Assembly (NCBI RefSeq): GCF_003334815.1
Contig: NZ_QOWO01000002.1
Length of the DNA: 64,000 bases
Origin: Escherichia coli
Lineage (GTDB): Bacteria > Pseudomonadota > Gammaproteobacteria > Enterobacterales > Enterobacteriaceae
Reading direction: 5' to 3' (one strand)
Shown here: one piece after another, positions 47,301 to 59,296 of the stretch
Layout: the number at the start of each line of letters is the position of its first letter
Position numbering within the stretch: position 1 is the stretch's first letter
Position numbers and translations under genes: made by a program
The notes under the pieces: model-generated
Told to the model about the DNA's origin: nothing
The model's database searches: none
What the model saw: the letters and a program-made list of their open reading frames with translations, nothing else

Positions 47301-48312
47301 TATAACGCGGATGCAGCGCCGACAGTTTGATTGAAATGCCCGGCCCTTCATAGATGCCACGACCGTTAGACGCTTTACCGATGGCGTGAATCGCCTGCTG
47401 ATAGGAAACCATATACGCCTGTGCATCTGCGGCGGTCAGCGCGGCTTCGCCCAGCATATCGTAAGAGTAACGGAAACCTTTCTCTTCCAGCTTGCGGGCA
47501 TTGGCTAACGCTTCCGCGATGGTTTCGCCAGTGACGAACTGCTCACCCATCAGGCGCATCGCCATATCCACACCTTTGCGGATCAGCGGTTCACCGCTTT
47601 TACCGATAATGCGGTTCAGCGAGCGGGAGAGGCTGGCTTCGTTATGGGTGGAAACCAGTTTGCCAGTAAACAGCAGCCCCCAGGTGGCGGCATTAACAAA
47701 AAGTGACGGGCTACGACCAATGTGTGACTGCCAGTTACCGTTGCTGATTTTGTCGCGAATTAACGCGTCGCGGGTGGCTTTGTCGGGAATACGCAACAAC
47801 GCTTCCGCCAGACACATCAGCGCCACGCCTTCCTGCGATGACAGCGAAAACTCCTGCAATAACCCCTGGACCATACCTGCGCGACCACTGGCATTTTTTT
47901 GATTACGCAGTTTATCGGCCAGCTGATACGCCAGTTTGTGCGCCTGTTCAGCAACTGGCTGCGGCAGGCGGGCTTGTTCCAGCAGCATAGAAACCGCTTC
48001 GGTTTCCGGGCGGCGATAGGCCGCGGTGATCGCGGCGCGGGAAACCGACTGGGGCAATATTTGCTCGGCAAAGTCGAGGAATGGCTGGTGTGGTTCCTCT
48101 GCCGGAGTCGGTGCTTCATCGCTCTCATTGGCCGCGCCAGAAAGCAGCGCAGGTAGCTCCGGCAGAGTATCGCTGTTTTCCAGTTGTTCGAGATAAGAAA
48201 AAATCGCCTGCTTAATTAACCAGTGTGGTGTGCGATCGATACGTGTCGCGGCAGACTTAATACGCTCACGCGTCGCGTCGTCCAGCTTAACCCCCATGGT
48301 GGTGGTTCCCAT
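44350..48312 (-). CDS. putA: bifunctional proline dehydrogenase / P5C dehydrogenase and transcriptional repressor
   Basis: ORF 44350..48378; 1320-aa product from MGTTTMGVKLDDATRERIKSAATRIDRTPHW (RHH DNA-binding N-terminus). Confidence 0.92.
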   Translation of the reverse strand: MGTTTMGVKLDDATRERIKSAATRIDRTPHWLIKQAIFSYLEQLENSDTLPELPALLSGAANESDEAPTPAEEPHQPFLDFAEQILPQSVSRAAITAAYRRPETEAVSMLLEQARLPQPVAEQAHKLAYQLADKLRNQKNASGRAGMVQGLLQEFSLSSQEGVALMCLAEALLRIPDKATRDALIRDKISNGNWQSHIGRSPSLFVNAATWGLLFTGKLVSTHNEASLSRSLNRIIGKSGEPLIRKGVDMAMRLMGEQFVTGETIAEALANARKLEEKGFRYSYDMLGEAALTAADAQAYMVSYQQAIHAIGKASNGRGIYEGPGISIKLSALHPRYSRAQYDRVMEELYPRLKSLTLLARQYDIGINIDAEESDRLEISLDLLEKLCFEPELAGWNGIGFVIQAYQKRCPLVIDYLIDLATRSRRRLMIRLVKGAYWDSEIKRAQMDGLEGYPVYTRKVYTDVSYLACAKKLLAVPNLIYPQFATHNAHTLAAIYQLAGQNYYPGQYEFQCLHGMGEPLYEQVTGKVADGKLNRPCRIYAPVGTHETLLAYLVRRLLENGANTSFVNRIADTSLPLDELVADPVTAVEKLAQQEGQTGLPHPKIPLPRDLYGHGRDNSAGLDLANEHRLASLSSALLNSALQKWQALPMLEQPVAAGEMSPVINPAEPKDIVGYVREATPREVEQALESAVNNAPIWFATPPAERAAILHRAAVLMESQMQQLIGILVREAGKTFSNAIAEVREAVDFLHYYAGQVRDDFANETHRPLGPVVCISPWNFPLAIFTGQIAAALAAGNSVLAKPAEQTPLIAAQGIAILLEAGVPPGVVQLLPGRGETVGAQLTGDDRVRGVMFTGSTEVATLLQRNIASRLDAQGRPIPLIAETGGMNAMIVDSSALTEQVVVDVLASAFDSAGQRCSALRVLCLQDEIADHTLKMLRGAMAECRMGNPGRLTTDIGPVIDSEAKANIERHIQTMRSKGRPVFQAVRENSEDAREWQSGTFVAPTLIELDDFAELQKEVFGPVLHVVRYNRNQLPELIEQINASGYGLTLGVHTRIDETIAQVTGSAHVGNLYVNRNMVGAVVGVQPFGGEGLSGTGPKAGGPLYLYRLLANRPESALAVTLARQDAKYPVDAQLKAALTQPLNALREWAANRPELQALCTQYGELAQAGTQRLLPGPTGERNTWTLLPRERVLCIADDEQDALTQLAAVLAVGSQVLWPDDALHRQLVKALPSAVSERIQLAKAENITAQPFDAVIFHGDSDQLRALCEAVAARDGTIVSVQGFARGESNILLERLYIERSLSVNTAAAGGNASLMTIG

Positions 48313-48338
48313 GCCATTACTCCTGTTGTTCAGAAAGG

Positions 48339-48546
48339 TGCAACTTAACGTTATCGTGAAATATCCATGATGTTGCAACTTTGTGCAACCATGTTAAATG
48401 TGACATGCGTAGCAAGCTTAAAAATGAATGAAATGTTAATAAAAGAAATCGATATGACAGGGATTAAAAAAATAACTCAGACTTTTTCTCTGCGGCAGTT
48501 AACATTTTTGAAAGGTGCAACCGCAAAAAATGTGAGAGAGTGCAAC
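48339..48546. promoter_or_regulatory. put control region with five GTTGCA-type PutA operator motifs
   Basis: GTTGCA/TGCAAC at 48339..48344, 48373..48378, 48384..48389, 48516..48521 and 48541..48546 in the divergent putA-putP intergenic region. Confidence 0.65.
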
Positions 48547-48734
48547 CTGATGAAAAATAGTGTCGCTGAGCACTAAAATTTAATGTAAATGGTGTGTTAA
48601 ATCGATTGTGAATAACCAGCGCTTCCGGCAGGATACGGTCGCCCTGGTAAAACATAAACTCTGTTACCCCGTTCCGGTGGCAGATATAACGGCAAGTTTC
48701 GACATTGCCGATAATAATTTTTTGGAGACTTTAG

Positions 48735-50243
<1,509 letters not shown>

Positions 50244-50337
50244 GGGACTTAGCCTGCGGCGGTTTTGTTTGGCTTCAGCAGCGGGTTGCGCTCCCTTAAT
50301 GTGCCTCGCCATATAAATTGAATGGTGCAGGGAGCGC

Positions 50338-50369
50338 GCAGGGGGCGGCCAATCGCCGCCGCCCCCTGC
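50338..50369. repeat. GC-rich perfect palindrome (12-bp arms, 8-nt loop) downstream of putP
   Basis: GCAGGGGGCGGC-caatcgcc-GCCGCCCCCTGC; not followed by a T-run on either strand. Confidence 0.5.
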
Positions 50370-50540
50370 TGTCCCGGCCTTCGGGGAACGCTTCAGCGAT
50401 TTTGACGCCACCAACACCCGAGCTGTTATTATGTTCCGGGCAAAAAGTTAGATTTGATAATCGCGGATGGACGAAATTGCTTGATATACCCGCTTATCAG
50501 TTTTACATGGAAGCTCTGATGCATTGAGTCTGGACAGTTT

Positions 50541-50575
50541 TGTCGGCTGGATACGGCGTTTACGCGGCATCCGGC
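50541..50575. repeat. REP element
   Basis: GTCGGCTGGATACGGCGTTTACGCGGCATCCGGCA matches the REP consensus. Confidence 0.55.
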
Positions 50576-50707
50576 AAGAACACATGGTTCTTTGCAAACA
50601 ATCCCATCTTTCTACCCTGGAATAATCGTTTATATCCCTTGGCATTACCTCTCTTTGTTTACATTCCAACATCATTTTATAAACATTCCGCTTGTGTTTT
50701 TCTTTGC

Positions 50708-50726
50708 CGTAATGATAATCGCTATC
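50708..50726 (+). promoter_or_regulatory. candidate Fur box upstream of efeU
   Basis: CGTAATGATAATCGCTATC matches the Fur consensus GATAATGATAATCATTATC at 14 of the last 16 positions, about 60 nt upstream of the efeU start. Confidence 0.5.
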
Positions 50727-50785
50727 ACTGCGATTTACTTTTCTTTGCATAGATTGACTCAGAAAAACGTTTAAGGGTGGGTGGC

Positions 50786-51616
50786 ATGTTTGTTCCGTTT
50801 CTCATTATGTTGCGCGAAGGACTTGAAGCCGCGCTGATTGTCAGTTTGATTGCCAGCTATCTTAAGCGTACCCAGCGAGGCCGATGGATTGGTGTGATGT
50901 GGATTGGCGTGTTGCTTGCCGCTGCGTTGTGCCTGGGCTTGGGTATCTTCATTAACGAAACCACCGGCGAATTTCCGCAAAAAGAACAGGAACTGTTTGA
51001 AGGTATCGTGGCGGTGATCGCCGTGGTGATCCTTACCTGGATGGTTTTCTGGATGCGCAAAGTGTCGCGCAACGTCAAAGTGCAACTGGAACAGGCAGTC
51101 GATAGCGCATTGCAGCGTGGAAATCATCATGGCTGGGCGCTGGTGATGATGGTCTTTTTTGCCGTTGCAAGGGAAGGGCTGGAGTCGGTCTTTTTCCTGC
51201 TGGCGGCATTTCAACAAGATGTCGGGATCTGGCCGCCGCTGGGTGCAATGCTCGGTCTTGCTACTGCCGTGGTGCTAGGCTTCCTGCTCTACTGGGGCGG
51301 TATTCGCCTCAATCTTGGTGCATTTTTTAAATGGACCAGCCTGTTTATTCTCTTCGTCGCCGCAGGGCTGGCAGCTGGTGCCATTCGCGCATTTCATGAA
51401 GCCGGATTGTGGAACCACTTTCAGGAAATCGCCTTCGATATGAGTGCGGTGCTCTCAACTCACTCGCTGTTTGGCACGCTGATGGAAGGGATTTTTGGCT
51501 ATCAGGAAGCGCCGAGCGTCAGCGAAGTCGCCGTCTGGTTTATTTATCTCATCCCGGCGCTGGTGGCATTTGCTCTGCCACCACGCGCAGGGGCGACAGC
51601 GTCTCGCTCCGCGTAA
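50786..51616 (+). CDS. efeU: ferrous iron permease EfeU (FTR1 family), apparently intact
   Basis: ORF 50777..51616; 276-aa product from MFVPFLIMLREGLEAALIVSLIASYL with two REGLE motifs (REGLEA, REGLES) in one uninterrupted frame. Confidence 0.88.
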   Translation: MFVPFLIMLREGLEAALIVSLIASYLKRTQRGRWIGVMWIGVLLAAALCLGLGIFINETTGEFPQKEQELFEGIVAVIAVVILTWMVFWMRKVSRNVKVQLEQAVDSALQRGNHHGWALVMMVFFAVAREGLESVFFLLAAFQQDVGIWPPLGAMLGLATAVVLGFLLYWGGIRLNLGAFFKWTSLFILFVAAGLAAGAIRAFHEAGLWNHFQEIAFDMSAVLSTHSLFGTLMEGIFGYQEAPSVSEVAVWFIYLIPALVAFALPPRAGATASRSA

Positions 51617-51673
51617 CAAATACGACGCAAACTCTTGCTTAGTTACAACATACTTTAAAGGGATAGTCTCGTC

Positions 51674-52801
51674 ATGACCATTAACTTCCGCCGTAACGCA
51701 TTGCAGTTGAGCGTGGCTGCGCTGTTTTCTTCTGCTTTTATGGCTAACGCCGCTGATGTGCCGCAGGTCAAAGTGACCGTGACGGATAAGCAGTGCGAAC
51801 CGATGACCATTACGGTTAACGCCGGGAAAACACAGTTCATTATTCAGAACCACAGCCAGAAGGCGCTGGAGTGGGAGATCCTCAAAGGCGTGATGGTGGT
51901 GGAAGAGCGGGAAAATATCGCCCCTGGCTTTAGCCAGAAAATGACGGCGAATTTACAGCCTGGCGAATACGATATGACCTGCGGTCTGCTGACTAACCCG
52001 AAAGGGAAGTTGATCGTCAAAGGTGAGGCAACGGCGGATGCGGCGCAAAGTGATGCGCTGTTAAGTCTTGGTGGTGCAATTACTGCATATAAAGCGTATG
52101 TCATGGCGGAAACCACGCAGCTGGTGACCGACACCAAAGCCTTTACCGACGCGATTAAAGCAGGCGATATCGAAAAAGCGAAAGCACTGTATGCACCGAC
52201 GCGCCAGCACTATGAGCGTATTGAACCGATTGCTGAACTGTTCTCCGATCTGGATGGCAGCATTGACGCCCGTGAAGATGATTACGAGCAAAAAGCCGCC
52301 GACCCAAAATTCACTGGTTTCCACCGTCTGGAAAAAGCATTGTTTGGCGACAACACCACCAAAGGGATGGATCAGTACGCTGAGCAGCTTTATACCGATG
52401 TGGTCGATTTGCAAAAACGCATCAGTGAACTGGCTTTCCCACCTTCAAAAGTGGTCGGCGGCGCAGCCGGACTGATTGAGGAAGTGGCAGCCAGCAAAAT
52501 TAGCGGTGAAGAAGATCGCTACAGCCACACCGATCTGTGGGATTTCCAGGCTAACGTTGAAGGCTCGCAGAAAATTGTCGATTTGCTGCGTCCACAACTG
52601 CAAAAAGCCAACCCGGAACTGCTGGCAAAAGTCGATGCCAACTTTAAAAAGGTCGATACCATTCTGGCGAAATACCGTACTAAAGACGGTTTTGAAACCT
52701 ACGACAAATTGACCGATGCCGACCGGAATGCACTGAAAGGACCGATTACTGCGCTGGCGGAAGATCTGGCGCAACTTCGCGGTGTGCTGGGACTGGATTA
52801 A
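51674..52801 (+). CDS. efeO: periplasmic iron-binding protein EfeO (cupredoxin / M75 peptidase-like)
   Basis: 375-aa ORF with signal peptide [26 protein letters not shown]. Confidence 0.9.
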   Translation: MTINFRRNALQLSVAALFSSAFMANAADVPQVKVTVTDKQCEPMTITVNAGKTQFIIQNHSQKALEWEILKGVMVVEERENIAPGFSQKMTANLQPGEYDMTCGLLTNPKGKLIVKGEATADAAQSDALLSLGGAITAYKAYVMAETTQLVTDTKAFTDAIKAGDIEKAKALYAPTRQHYERIEPIAELFSDLDGSIDAREDDYEQKAADPKFTGFHRLEKALFGDNTTKGMDQYAEQLYTDVVDLQKRISELAFPPSKVVGGAAGLIEEVAASKISGEEDRYSHTDLWDFQANVEGSQKIVDLLRPQLQKANPELLAKVDANFKKVDTILAKYRTKDGFETYDKLTDADRNALKGPITALAEDLAQLRGVLGLD

Positions 52802-52806
52802 GCGTT

Positions 52807-54078
52807 ATGCAGTATAAAGATGAAAACGGCGTGAATGAACCGTCACGCCGACGTTTACTGAAAGTGATAGGTGCACTGGCGCTGGCGGGAAGTTGTCCGG
52901 TCGCTCATGCACAAAAAACGCAAAGTGCGCCGGGTACGCTTTCACCGGATGCTCGCAATGAGAAACAGCCGTTTTATGGTGAGCATCAGGCAGGGATCCT
53001 GACGCCACAACAGGCCGCAATGATGCTGGTGGCGTTTGATGTGCTTGCCAGCGATAAAGCCGATCTTGAGCGGTTGTTTCGCTTGTTGACTCAGCGTTTT
53101 GCTTTTCTGACTCAGGGCGGAGCAGCACCAGAAACGCCAAATCCGCGCCTGCCACCACTCGATTCCGGTATTCTTGGCGGCTACATTGCGCCCGATAATC
53201 TCACCATCACGTTATCGGTGGGTCACTCATTGTTTGATGAGCGCTTTGGCCTTGCGCCACAGATGCCAAAAAAGCTGCAGAAGATGACGCGTTTCCCCAA
53301 CGACTCGCTGGATGCGGCGTTATGTCATGGTGATGTGTTGCTACAGATTTGCGCCAACACCCAGGACACGGTTATCCATGCGCTGCGCGATATCATCAAA
53401 CACACGCCGGATTTGCTCAGTGTGCGCTGGAAGCGGGAAGGGTTTATTTCCGATCACGCGGCGCGTAGTAAAGGCAAAGAGACGCCGATTAATTTGCTGG
53501 GTTTCAAAGACGGCACTGCCAATCCCGATAGCCAGAATGATAAGTTGATGCAAAAAGTGGTGTGGGTAACGGCAGATCAGCAGGAGCCTGCGTGGACAAT
53601 CGGTGGCAGCTATCAGGCAGTACGCTTGATTCAGTTTCGAGTGGAATTTTGGGACAGAACGCCGCTGAAAGAACAGCAGACGATTTTTGGCCGTGATAAG
53701 CAAACCGGTGCGCCGCTGGGAATGCAGCATGAGCATGATGTGCCTGATTACGCCAGCGACCCGGAAGGGAAGGTGATCGCGCTGGACAGCCATATCCGGC
53801 TGGCGAATCCCCGCACGGCGGAGAGTGAGTCCAGCCTGATGCTGCGTCGTGGCTACAGTTATTCACTGGGCGTCACCAACTCCGGGCAACTGGATATGGG
53901 GTTGCTGTTTGTCTGCTACCAACACGATCTGGAAAAAGGCTTCCTGACAGTACAAAAAAGGCTCAATGGCGAAGCGCTGGAGGAATACGTTAAACCTATC
54001 GGCGGCGGTTATTTTTTTGCGCTGCCGGGGGTGAAGGACGCGAACGATTATTTCGGAAGCGCGTTATTGCGGGTTTAA
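52807..54078 (+). CDS. efeB: Tat-exported DyP-type haem peroxidase EfeB
   Basis: 423-aa [32 protein letters not shown] (twin-arginine signal). Confidence 0.9.
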   Translation: MQYKDENGVNEPSRRRLLKVIGALALAGSCPVAHAQKTQSAPGTLSPDARNEKQPFYGEHQAGILTPQQAAMMLVAFDVLASDKADLERLFRLLTQRFAFLTQGGAAPETPNPRLPPLDSGILGGYIAPDNLTITLSVGHSLFDERFGLAPQMPKKLQKMTRFPNDSLDAALCHGDVLLQICANTQDTVIHALRDIIKHTPDLLSVRWKREGFISDHAARSKGKETPINLLGFKDGTANPDSQNDKLMQKVVWVTADQQEPAWTIGGSYQAVRLIQFRVEFWDRTPLKEQQTIFGRDKQTGAPLGMQHEHDVPDYASDPEGKVIALDSHIRLANPRTAESESSLMLRRGYSYSLGVTNSGQLDMGLLFVCYQHDLEKGFLTVQKRLNGEALEEYVKPIGGGYFFALPGVKDANDYFGSALLRV

Positions 54079-54084
54079 TGTTTT

Positions 54085-54222
54085 TAGGCGGATAAGGCAT
54101 TTGTGCGCAGATGCCTGATGCGACGCTTGCGCGTCTTATCATGCCTACAATCAGTGCGGGTTTGGTAGGCTGGATAAGGCGTTCACGCCGCATCCGGCGA
54201 TCGTGCACTGATGCCTGATGCA
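54085..54222. repeat. REP element cluster (BIME) downstream of efeB
   Basis: Several units: GGCGGATAAGGCATTTGTGCGCAGATGCCTGATGCGACGC..., GGCTGGATAAGGCGTTCACGCCGCATCCGGCG, TGATGCCTGATGC. Confidence 0.6.
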
Positions 54223-54255
54223 AATCCTGCTGAAAGCACACAGCTTTTTTCATCA

Positions 54256-54273
54256 CTGTCATCACTCTGTCAT
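54256..54273 (+). promoter_or_regulatory. Pho box (PhoB binding site) upstream of phoH
   Basis: CTGTCATCACTCTGTCAT: two direct CTGTCAT heptads 11 bp apart, as in the PhoB consensus, about 150 nt upstream of the phoH ORF. Confidence 0.65.
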
Positions 54274-54422
54274 CTTTCCAGTAGAAACTAATGTCACTGA
54301 AATAGTGTTTTATAGTTAAATATAAGTAAATATATTGTTGCAATAAATGCGAGATCTGTTGTACTTATTAAGTAGCAGCGGAAGTTCCCGGCAGTGATAG
54401 TCAGTCACTATGGAGATCGCGG

Positions 54423-55487
54423 ATGGTAACGTCCTGTACTGGACATGTTTTAGATAATCAACGCGCCACCACTCGCGGAGTTTTCTCCTCCGGTAGTCAT
54501 CTCGTCACTTTGCATTTTCAACCTCATCCTTTCTTTTCATGTGTTACCGACGCCGTAAACGGTGCGCGTAGCCGTTTTTCGGCATTTTATCCAAAAGCAA
54601 ACTATGGCTTACAAGGAAGCCAACCCTCTGATGTTCGTGCGCATAATCGCGCTGCCAACGGCGCGTGTGATGAATACAAACAACTCAAGGTGCTCTCCAT
54701 GGGAAGACAAAAAGCAGTGATCAAAGCTCGTCGCGAGGCAAAACGTGTGCTGAGACGGGATTCGCGCAGCCATAAGCAGCGTGAAGAAGAATCGGTCACC
54801 TCGCTTGTGCAGATGGGCGGCGTAGAAGCCATTGGTATGGCCCGCGACAGTCGCGATACTTCGCCCATCCTCGCGCGAAATGAAGCGCAATTGCACTATC
54901 TGAAGGCTATTGAGAGTAAGCAGCTGATATTCGCCACGGGCGAAGCCGGGTGCGGAAAAACCTGGATCAGCGCAGCAAAAGCGGCAGAGGCCCTGATACA
55001 TAAGGATGTCGACAGGATTATCGTCACCCGTCCAGTTCTGCAAGCCGATGAAGATCTTGGCTTCTTACCTGGAGATATCGCAGAAAAGTTTGCTCCCTAT
55101 TTTCGCCCGGTCTACGACGTGCTGGTCCGGCGCTTAGGGGCTTCCTTTATGCAGTACTGCCTGCGACCGGAAATAGGGAAGGTGGAAATTGCGCCGTTCG
55201 CCTATATGCGTGGACGTACCTTTGAAAATGCAGTCGTCATTCTTGACGAGGCGCAGAATGTGACTGCCGCGCAAATGAAAATGTTTTTAACCCGCCTCGG
55301 GGAGAACGTGACGGTTATCGTCAACGGTGATATCACGCAATGCGATTTGCCTCGCGGCGTGTGCTCCGGATTAAGTGACGCGCTGGAACGTTTCGAAGAA
55401 GATGAAATGGTTGGGATCGTCCGGTTCGGTAAAGAGGACTGCGTACGTTCGGCACTTTGCCAACGTACGCTGCATGCCTACAGTTAA
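54423..55487 (+). CDS. phoH: PhoH, phosphate-starvation-inducible ATPase (Walker A GEAGCGKT)
   Basis: 354-aa ORF MVTSCTGHVLDNQRATT... with P-loop; the true start may be internal. Confidence 0.85.
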   Translation: MVTSCTGHVLDNQRATTRGVFSSGSHLVTLHFQPHPFFSCVTDAVNGARSRFSAFYPKANYGLQGSQPSDVRAHNRAANGACDEYKQLKVLSMGRQKAVIKARREAKRVLRRDSRSHKQREEESVTSLVQMGGVEAIGMARDSRDTSPILARNEAQLHYLKAIESKQLIFATGEAGCGKTWISAAKAAEALIHKDVDRIIVTRPVLQADEDLGFLPGDIAEKFAPYFRPVYDVLVRRLGASFMQYCLRPEIGKVEIAPFAYMRGRTFENAVVILDEAQNVTAAQMKMFLTRLGENVTVIVNGDITQCDLPRGVCSGLSDALERFEEDEMVGIVRFGKEDCVRSALCQRTLHAYS

Positions 55488-55505
55488 GTGTGTTATCGGT
55501 GCAGA

Positions 55506-55530
55506 GCCCGGGCGAACCGGGCTTTGTTTT
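55506..55530 (+). terminator. rho-independent terminator of phoH
   Basis: Hairpin GCCCGG-gcgaa-CCGGGC followed by TTTGTTTT. Confidence 0.7.
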
Positions 55531-55536
55531 GGGTGT

Positions 55537-55950
55537 TTATGCCCGGACTAGCGCTTTTTCTGAAACAACCATTTTTATTTGCCCCTGGCTGGTGAAGTGT
55601 ACGCTCATCCTGTGGCTTTTTTGTAGTTGCTGATAGAGCTCATCAGGTATTGCTAAGCTCTCTGCATATTCTTGCGGCGTATATTGGTAGGCTGCATGAT
55701 GCTGCTGTTTTTGAAAACGCAGCTTATTGTACAGCGCCCAGACAATTAACACGACGGCATTCGCCACTGCCAGCAAAAAATAGAACTGAAGTCGGCTTCT
55801 GGCCTCGCTTTGCCAGTAATAACCCGTCAGCAGATCCATGGCGAATAAGAATATGAACAACGCAAATAATGTCCACAAGATGGTTGTGGCAACATAATCA
55901 ACCAGTAAACGTACTGGTGATTGTCGGGTCGTAATAATTAAATTGTTCAT
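55537..55950 (-). CDS. pgaD: PGA synthase accessory subunit PgaD
   Basis: 137-aa two-[31 protein letters not shown].... Confidence 0.88.
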
Positions 55951-55951
55951 A

Positions 55952-57277
55952 TTAACCTCTCAGAATCCCGCGATCGGGACTTACCCAACGGGCGCGTTGC
56001 TTTTTAGGCATCAACATGACTCGTGTAAATGATACCAATGTCGTTGCCAGGCTCAGCATCCAGAAAATAACCGGGAACCAAATAATCCAGAAAAGCGATG
56101 AAGTCAGATTATGCTCATAGCGATTCTCGATCATCAGGCTGACAATAAATTGCAGTAAACATAACGTACACAATAATATTCCGGCAGTATGTGTCGCAGC
56201 GATATGTGTCAATTCAATATTTAACGGTACACCGGCAAGTTGGACTGCGTAAATAATGAAACCGACCAGGCAGGTGAAGGCCCATATTGTCGTCAGGCAG
56301 TATTCAAAAAACAGCGGCCACATTCGAAAGTTTTCTTTGCGCCACAACCTTGTCATATTTTTGAGGAATACTTCTGCACCGCCCTGAGCCCAGCGCAGGC
56401 GCTGTTTCCACAGCCCTTTTAACGTTTCAGGCATTAATATCCAGCACAGTGCCCGTGGCTCGTAAAAAATCGTCCACTGATTCAACTGCAGCTTCCAGCT
56501 AATATCAATATCTTCGGTGATCATATCGTCACTCCAGTAACCCACTTCTGCCAGGGCGCTGCGACGAAATGCGGCAATAACACCGGAAACGGTAAATACG
56601 TTTCCATAGATACGCTGGGTTCGCTTGATCAAACCAATAATTGAGGAATACTCGCCAACCTGAATTTTACCCACCAGGGTAGAACGTGTTCGAATACGAG
56701 GATTACCGGTTACGGCACCCACACGCGGGTTGTACAACATCGGTTCCACAATATATGCCGCCGCATCGCGGTCTAATAACGCATCGCCATCAATGCACAC
56801 CAGATATTCACTTTTCGCCGCGGCAGCTCCGGTTTTAAGCGCAATGGCTTTCCCCTGGTTTTGCGCCAGATGAATGACCCGCAAATGGGGAATTTGTGCA
56901 GCCATGCGATCCAGGATGGCACGGGTTTTATCTGTTGAACCGTCATTTACGGCAATAACTTCAATGTTCTCATAACGCTGTGCTAAAGCGGCGTGTATGG
57001 TTTCCTCAACGTTTTTCTCCTCATTAAAACAGGGAATGATAATGGAGATAGACGGATTATCTTTCAACTGGGGAGCTGGTGCGTTTTCTCCCCACGGCCA
57101 GTGGCGTTCACGATAGACCCAGAAATAGACGCCGCCAACAATCCACATAATGGACATAAAAAACGGCCAGAAGAAAACGAACCTCATCATCAGTTCACCA
57201 GAGTGAAAGTACGCTACGCATAGGGGTATGCATAACACCAGACATAATATAAAAAACGATACGATGCGATTAATCAT
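55952..57277 (-). CDS. pgaC: poly-beta-1,6-N-acetylglucosamine synthase (GT2 glycosyltransferase)
   Basis: 441-aa ORF with GT2 motifs ([13 protein letters not shown]). Confidence 0.9.
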
Positions 57278-59288
57278 TTTTCGGATACCAGGCTGTTGAA
57301 AACTCAGGACGAATAAGGTCTATTTCAGGTTGGTTATGCAGAAAATTGTCGGGATAATAACCATAGTTTTTCACTCCATTCAGTTGTAATAGGCTCATCC
57401 AGTGAGCGAGTTGTTGCGAAGAAATAGCCTGATGCTGACCATTTTTCTGCCAGTTTTGTGCCTGTAATTCTAAAATAGATTTGTCTTTAGCCTGAGGGAT
57501 GTTTTTAATTTGATTGGTCAATTGTATTAACCATTGGTCAGCCGATTTTTCTGCGACACCTTCCAGATAAGGCATAGCCATAATAGCGGTCCAGTCATAG
57601 CTTTTTAGGAAATCAGCATAATTCTGTGCAAACCAGGCTTCACTTTCAGGTTGTATTACCGGAAGTGCAAAAATATTTCGTGCAGTTTTAATATGTGGAC
57701 CGCGAATGGCTTTTACGCGCGCACTAAGTTCTAAAGTGAAGTCAGTTAACGCACGACTTTTAAAGCGGGCCCACTGTTTAAATTGCTCCGGGTTTTGTCG
57801 AATTTCGCTCAGACTCCCGCTAAAGCCTGCTTGCTGATAAGCCGTGATAGCCGGTGCACTGGCATCTTCATAATCTGAAAGCAAAGCATCATCGTGGAAC
57901 AATATGCCATCAAAAGCAGCATGTCCGGCAAGATCTTCATATAACATGCCAACTTGTGCTCTGACTCTGTCATCGAAAGGAGAGAGACGGTGATATTGTT
58001 CAGGATGAATTTGTGCTTTTTTCTCCCCTGTTGGTAAGTATTTTACTCGCGTTAATGTGGGATCTAAATCCCAGCTTAATACCGGCATCCACGCATAGAT
58101 GTTTACACCTGAGCGGGTACGTAATTGCCAGGCAACCCGACTAAAAATATCTGCTTTCATTGGTAGCAAACGATTTGGAAACCAGACCTCTTTGACCAGC
58201 CCATCACCATCGGGATCAGCAAATGCCTGCAAATACACGGTTGATATTTGCATATCTTTCACCCGCTGAATTAGCACATCAATATTGCGATCCATTTGCT
58301 GGAGGTTTTCGTCATAAACGTAATCAAGATCGATATGCATTATCCGTTGTGGTGATTTTTCCTGTACGGTAATAATTTGCTGGGCAAACTCTTTTAATGA
58401 GGGATTATTGGCGATTAATACCCGCGGAATGGAATCCAATTGCGACGCATTTGCCAAACCTGATTCAAGGGTGAAGAACATGTCATAACCGAGTTTTTTT
58501 AATTCCTCTATCGCTATGCCATTCGCTTCGCCATAAGGCCAAACAAAAACGTGTGGATTTACCTCAACCTTTGTACGCAGGTATTCCGTCATTTTTACAG
58601 CATCCAGACGAATTCTTTCCCGGTATTCTGCTGCGGTTTCATACCGTGCGTGGTCAGTAAAATATGCACGATTTACATATACAGGCAATAAGCTGCCGGT
58701 GGCATTAGCCTGAATACCGTAGTGAGAATTCCATGTATGAGAAGCGAGCTCAACGAGCCGGGAACGCGCAACTTCTCGCACTTGTTGCCACGTGGCAAAA
58801 TATTCTCGATCGACCAACTCATCGCCAAATTTTACTTGTTTATCCGCTGGCGTATCGACCCAACTGCCGACGGGGGCCCATACAGCAGGCCACTGGAAGG
58901 CCTGAAGAATTGGGAAGACGCGGGTATAAAAACTCTGGTAGCCGTCATCAAAAGTCAGCACTACAGCTTTTTCCGGTAGCGGTTTTCCTCCTCGATGTGC
59001 TTCACGAATTTGAGCAATACTGACCGGTTGATAACCGTTCTCGCGCAGCCAGGCAAATTGTTCACGCAGTGCTGATGTCCGCACTGACATAAAACGCTGG
59101 TCGGCAGCTTCGTCTTCAACGTTATGCCATGAAATCGCTACAAAACCATTATGCGGCCACGGTTGCTCGGCGAGTAAAGATTCGCGATCCTGTGGCGGTA
59201 TAAATGATGTTCTTGACTGGCTAATGCACGCGGTGAGCATAATTATACTCACCAGCATCAGGAGATATTTATTTCCATTACGTAACAT
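57270..59288 (-). CDS. pgaB: PGA N-deacetylase lipoprotein PgaB
   Basis: 672-aa [24 protein letters not shown] (lipobox), polysaccharide deacetylase family. Confidence 0.9.
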
Positions 59289-59296
59289 ATTTATCC

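Noticed and set aside
50318-50752. Three short ORFs (50318..50527 +, 50448..50750 -, 50540..50752 +) in the putP-efeU spacer.
   Set aside because: They overlap each other and the REP/palindrome/Fur-box elements, with no start-site context or protein-like features.
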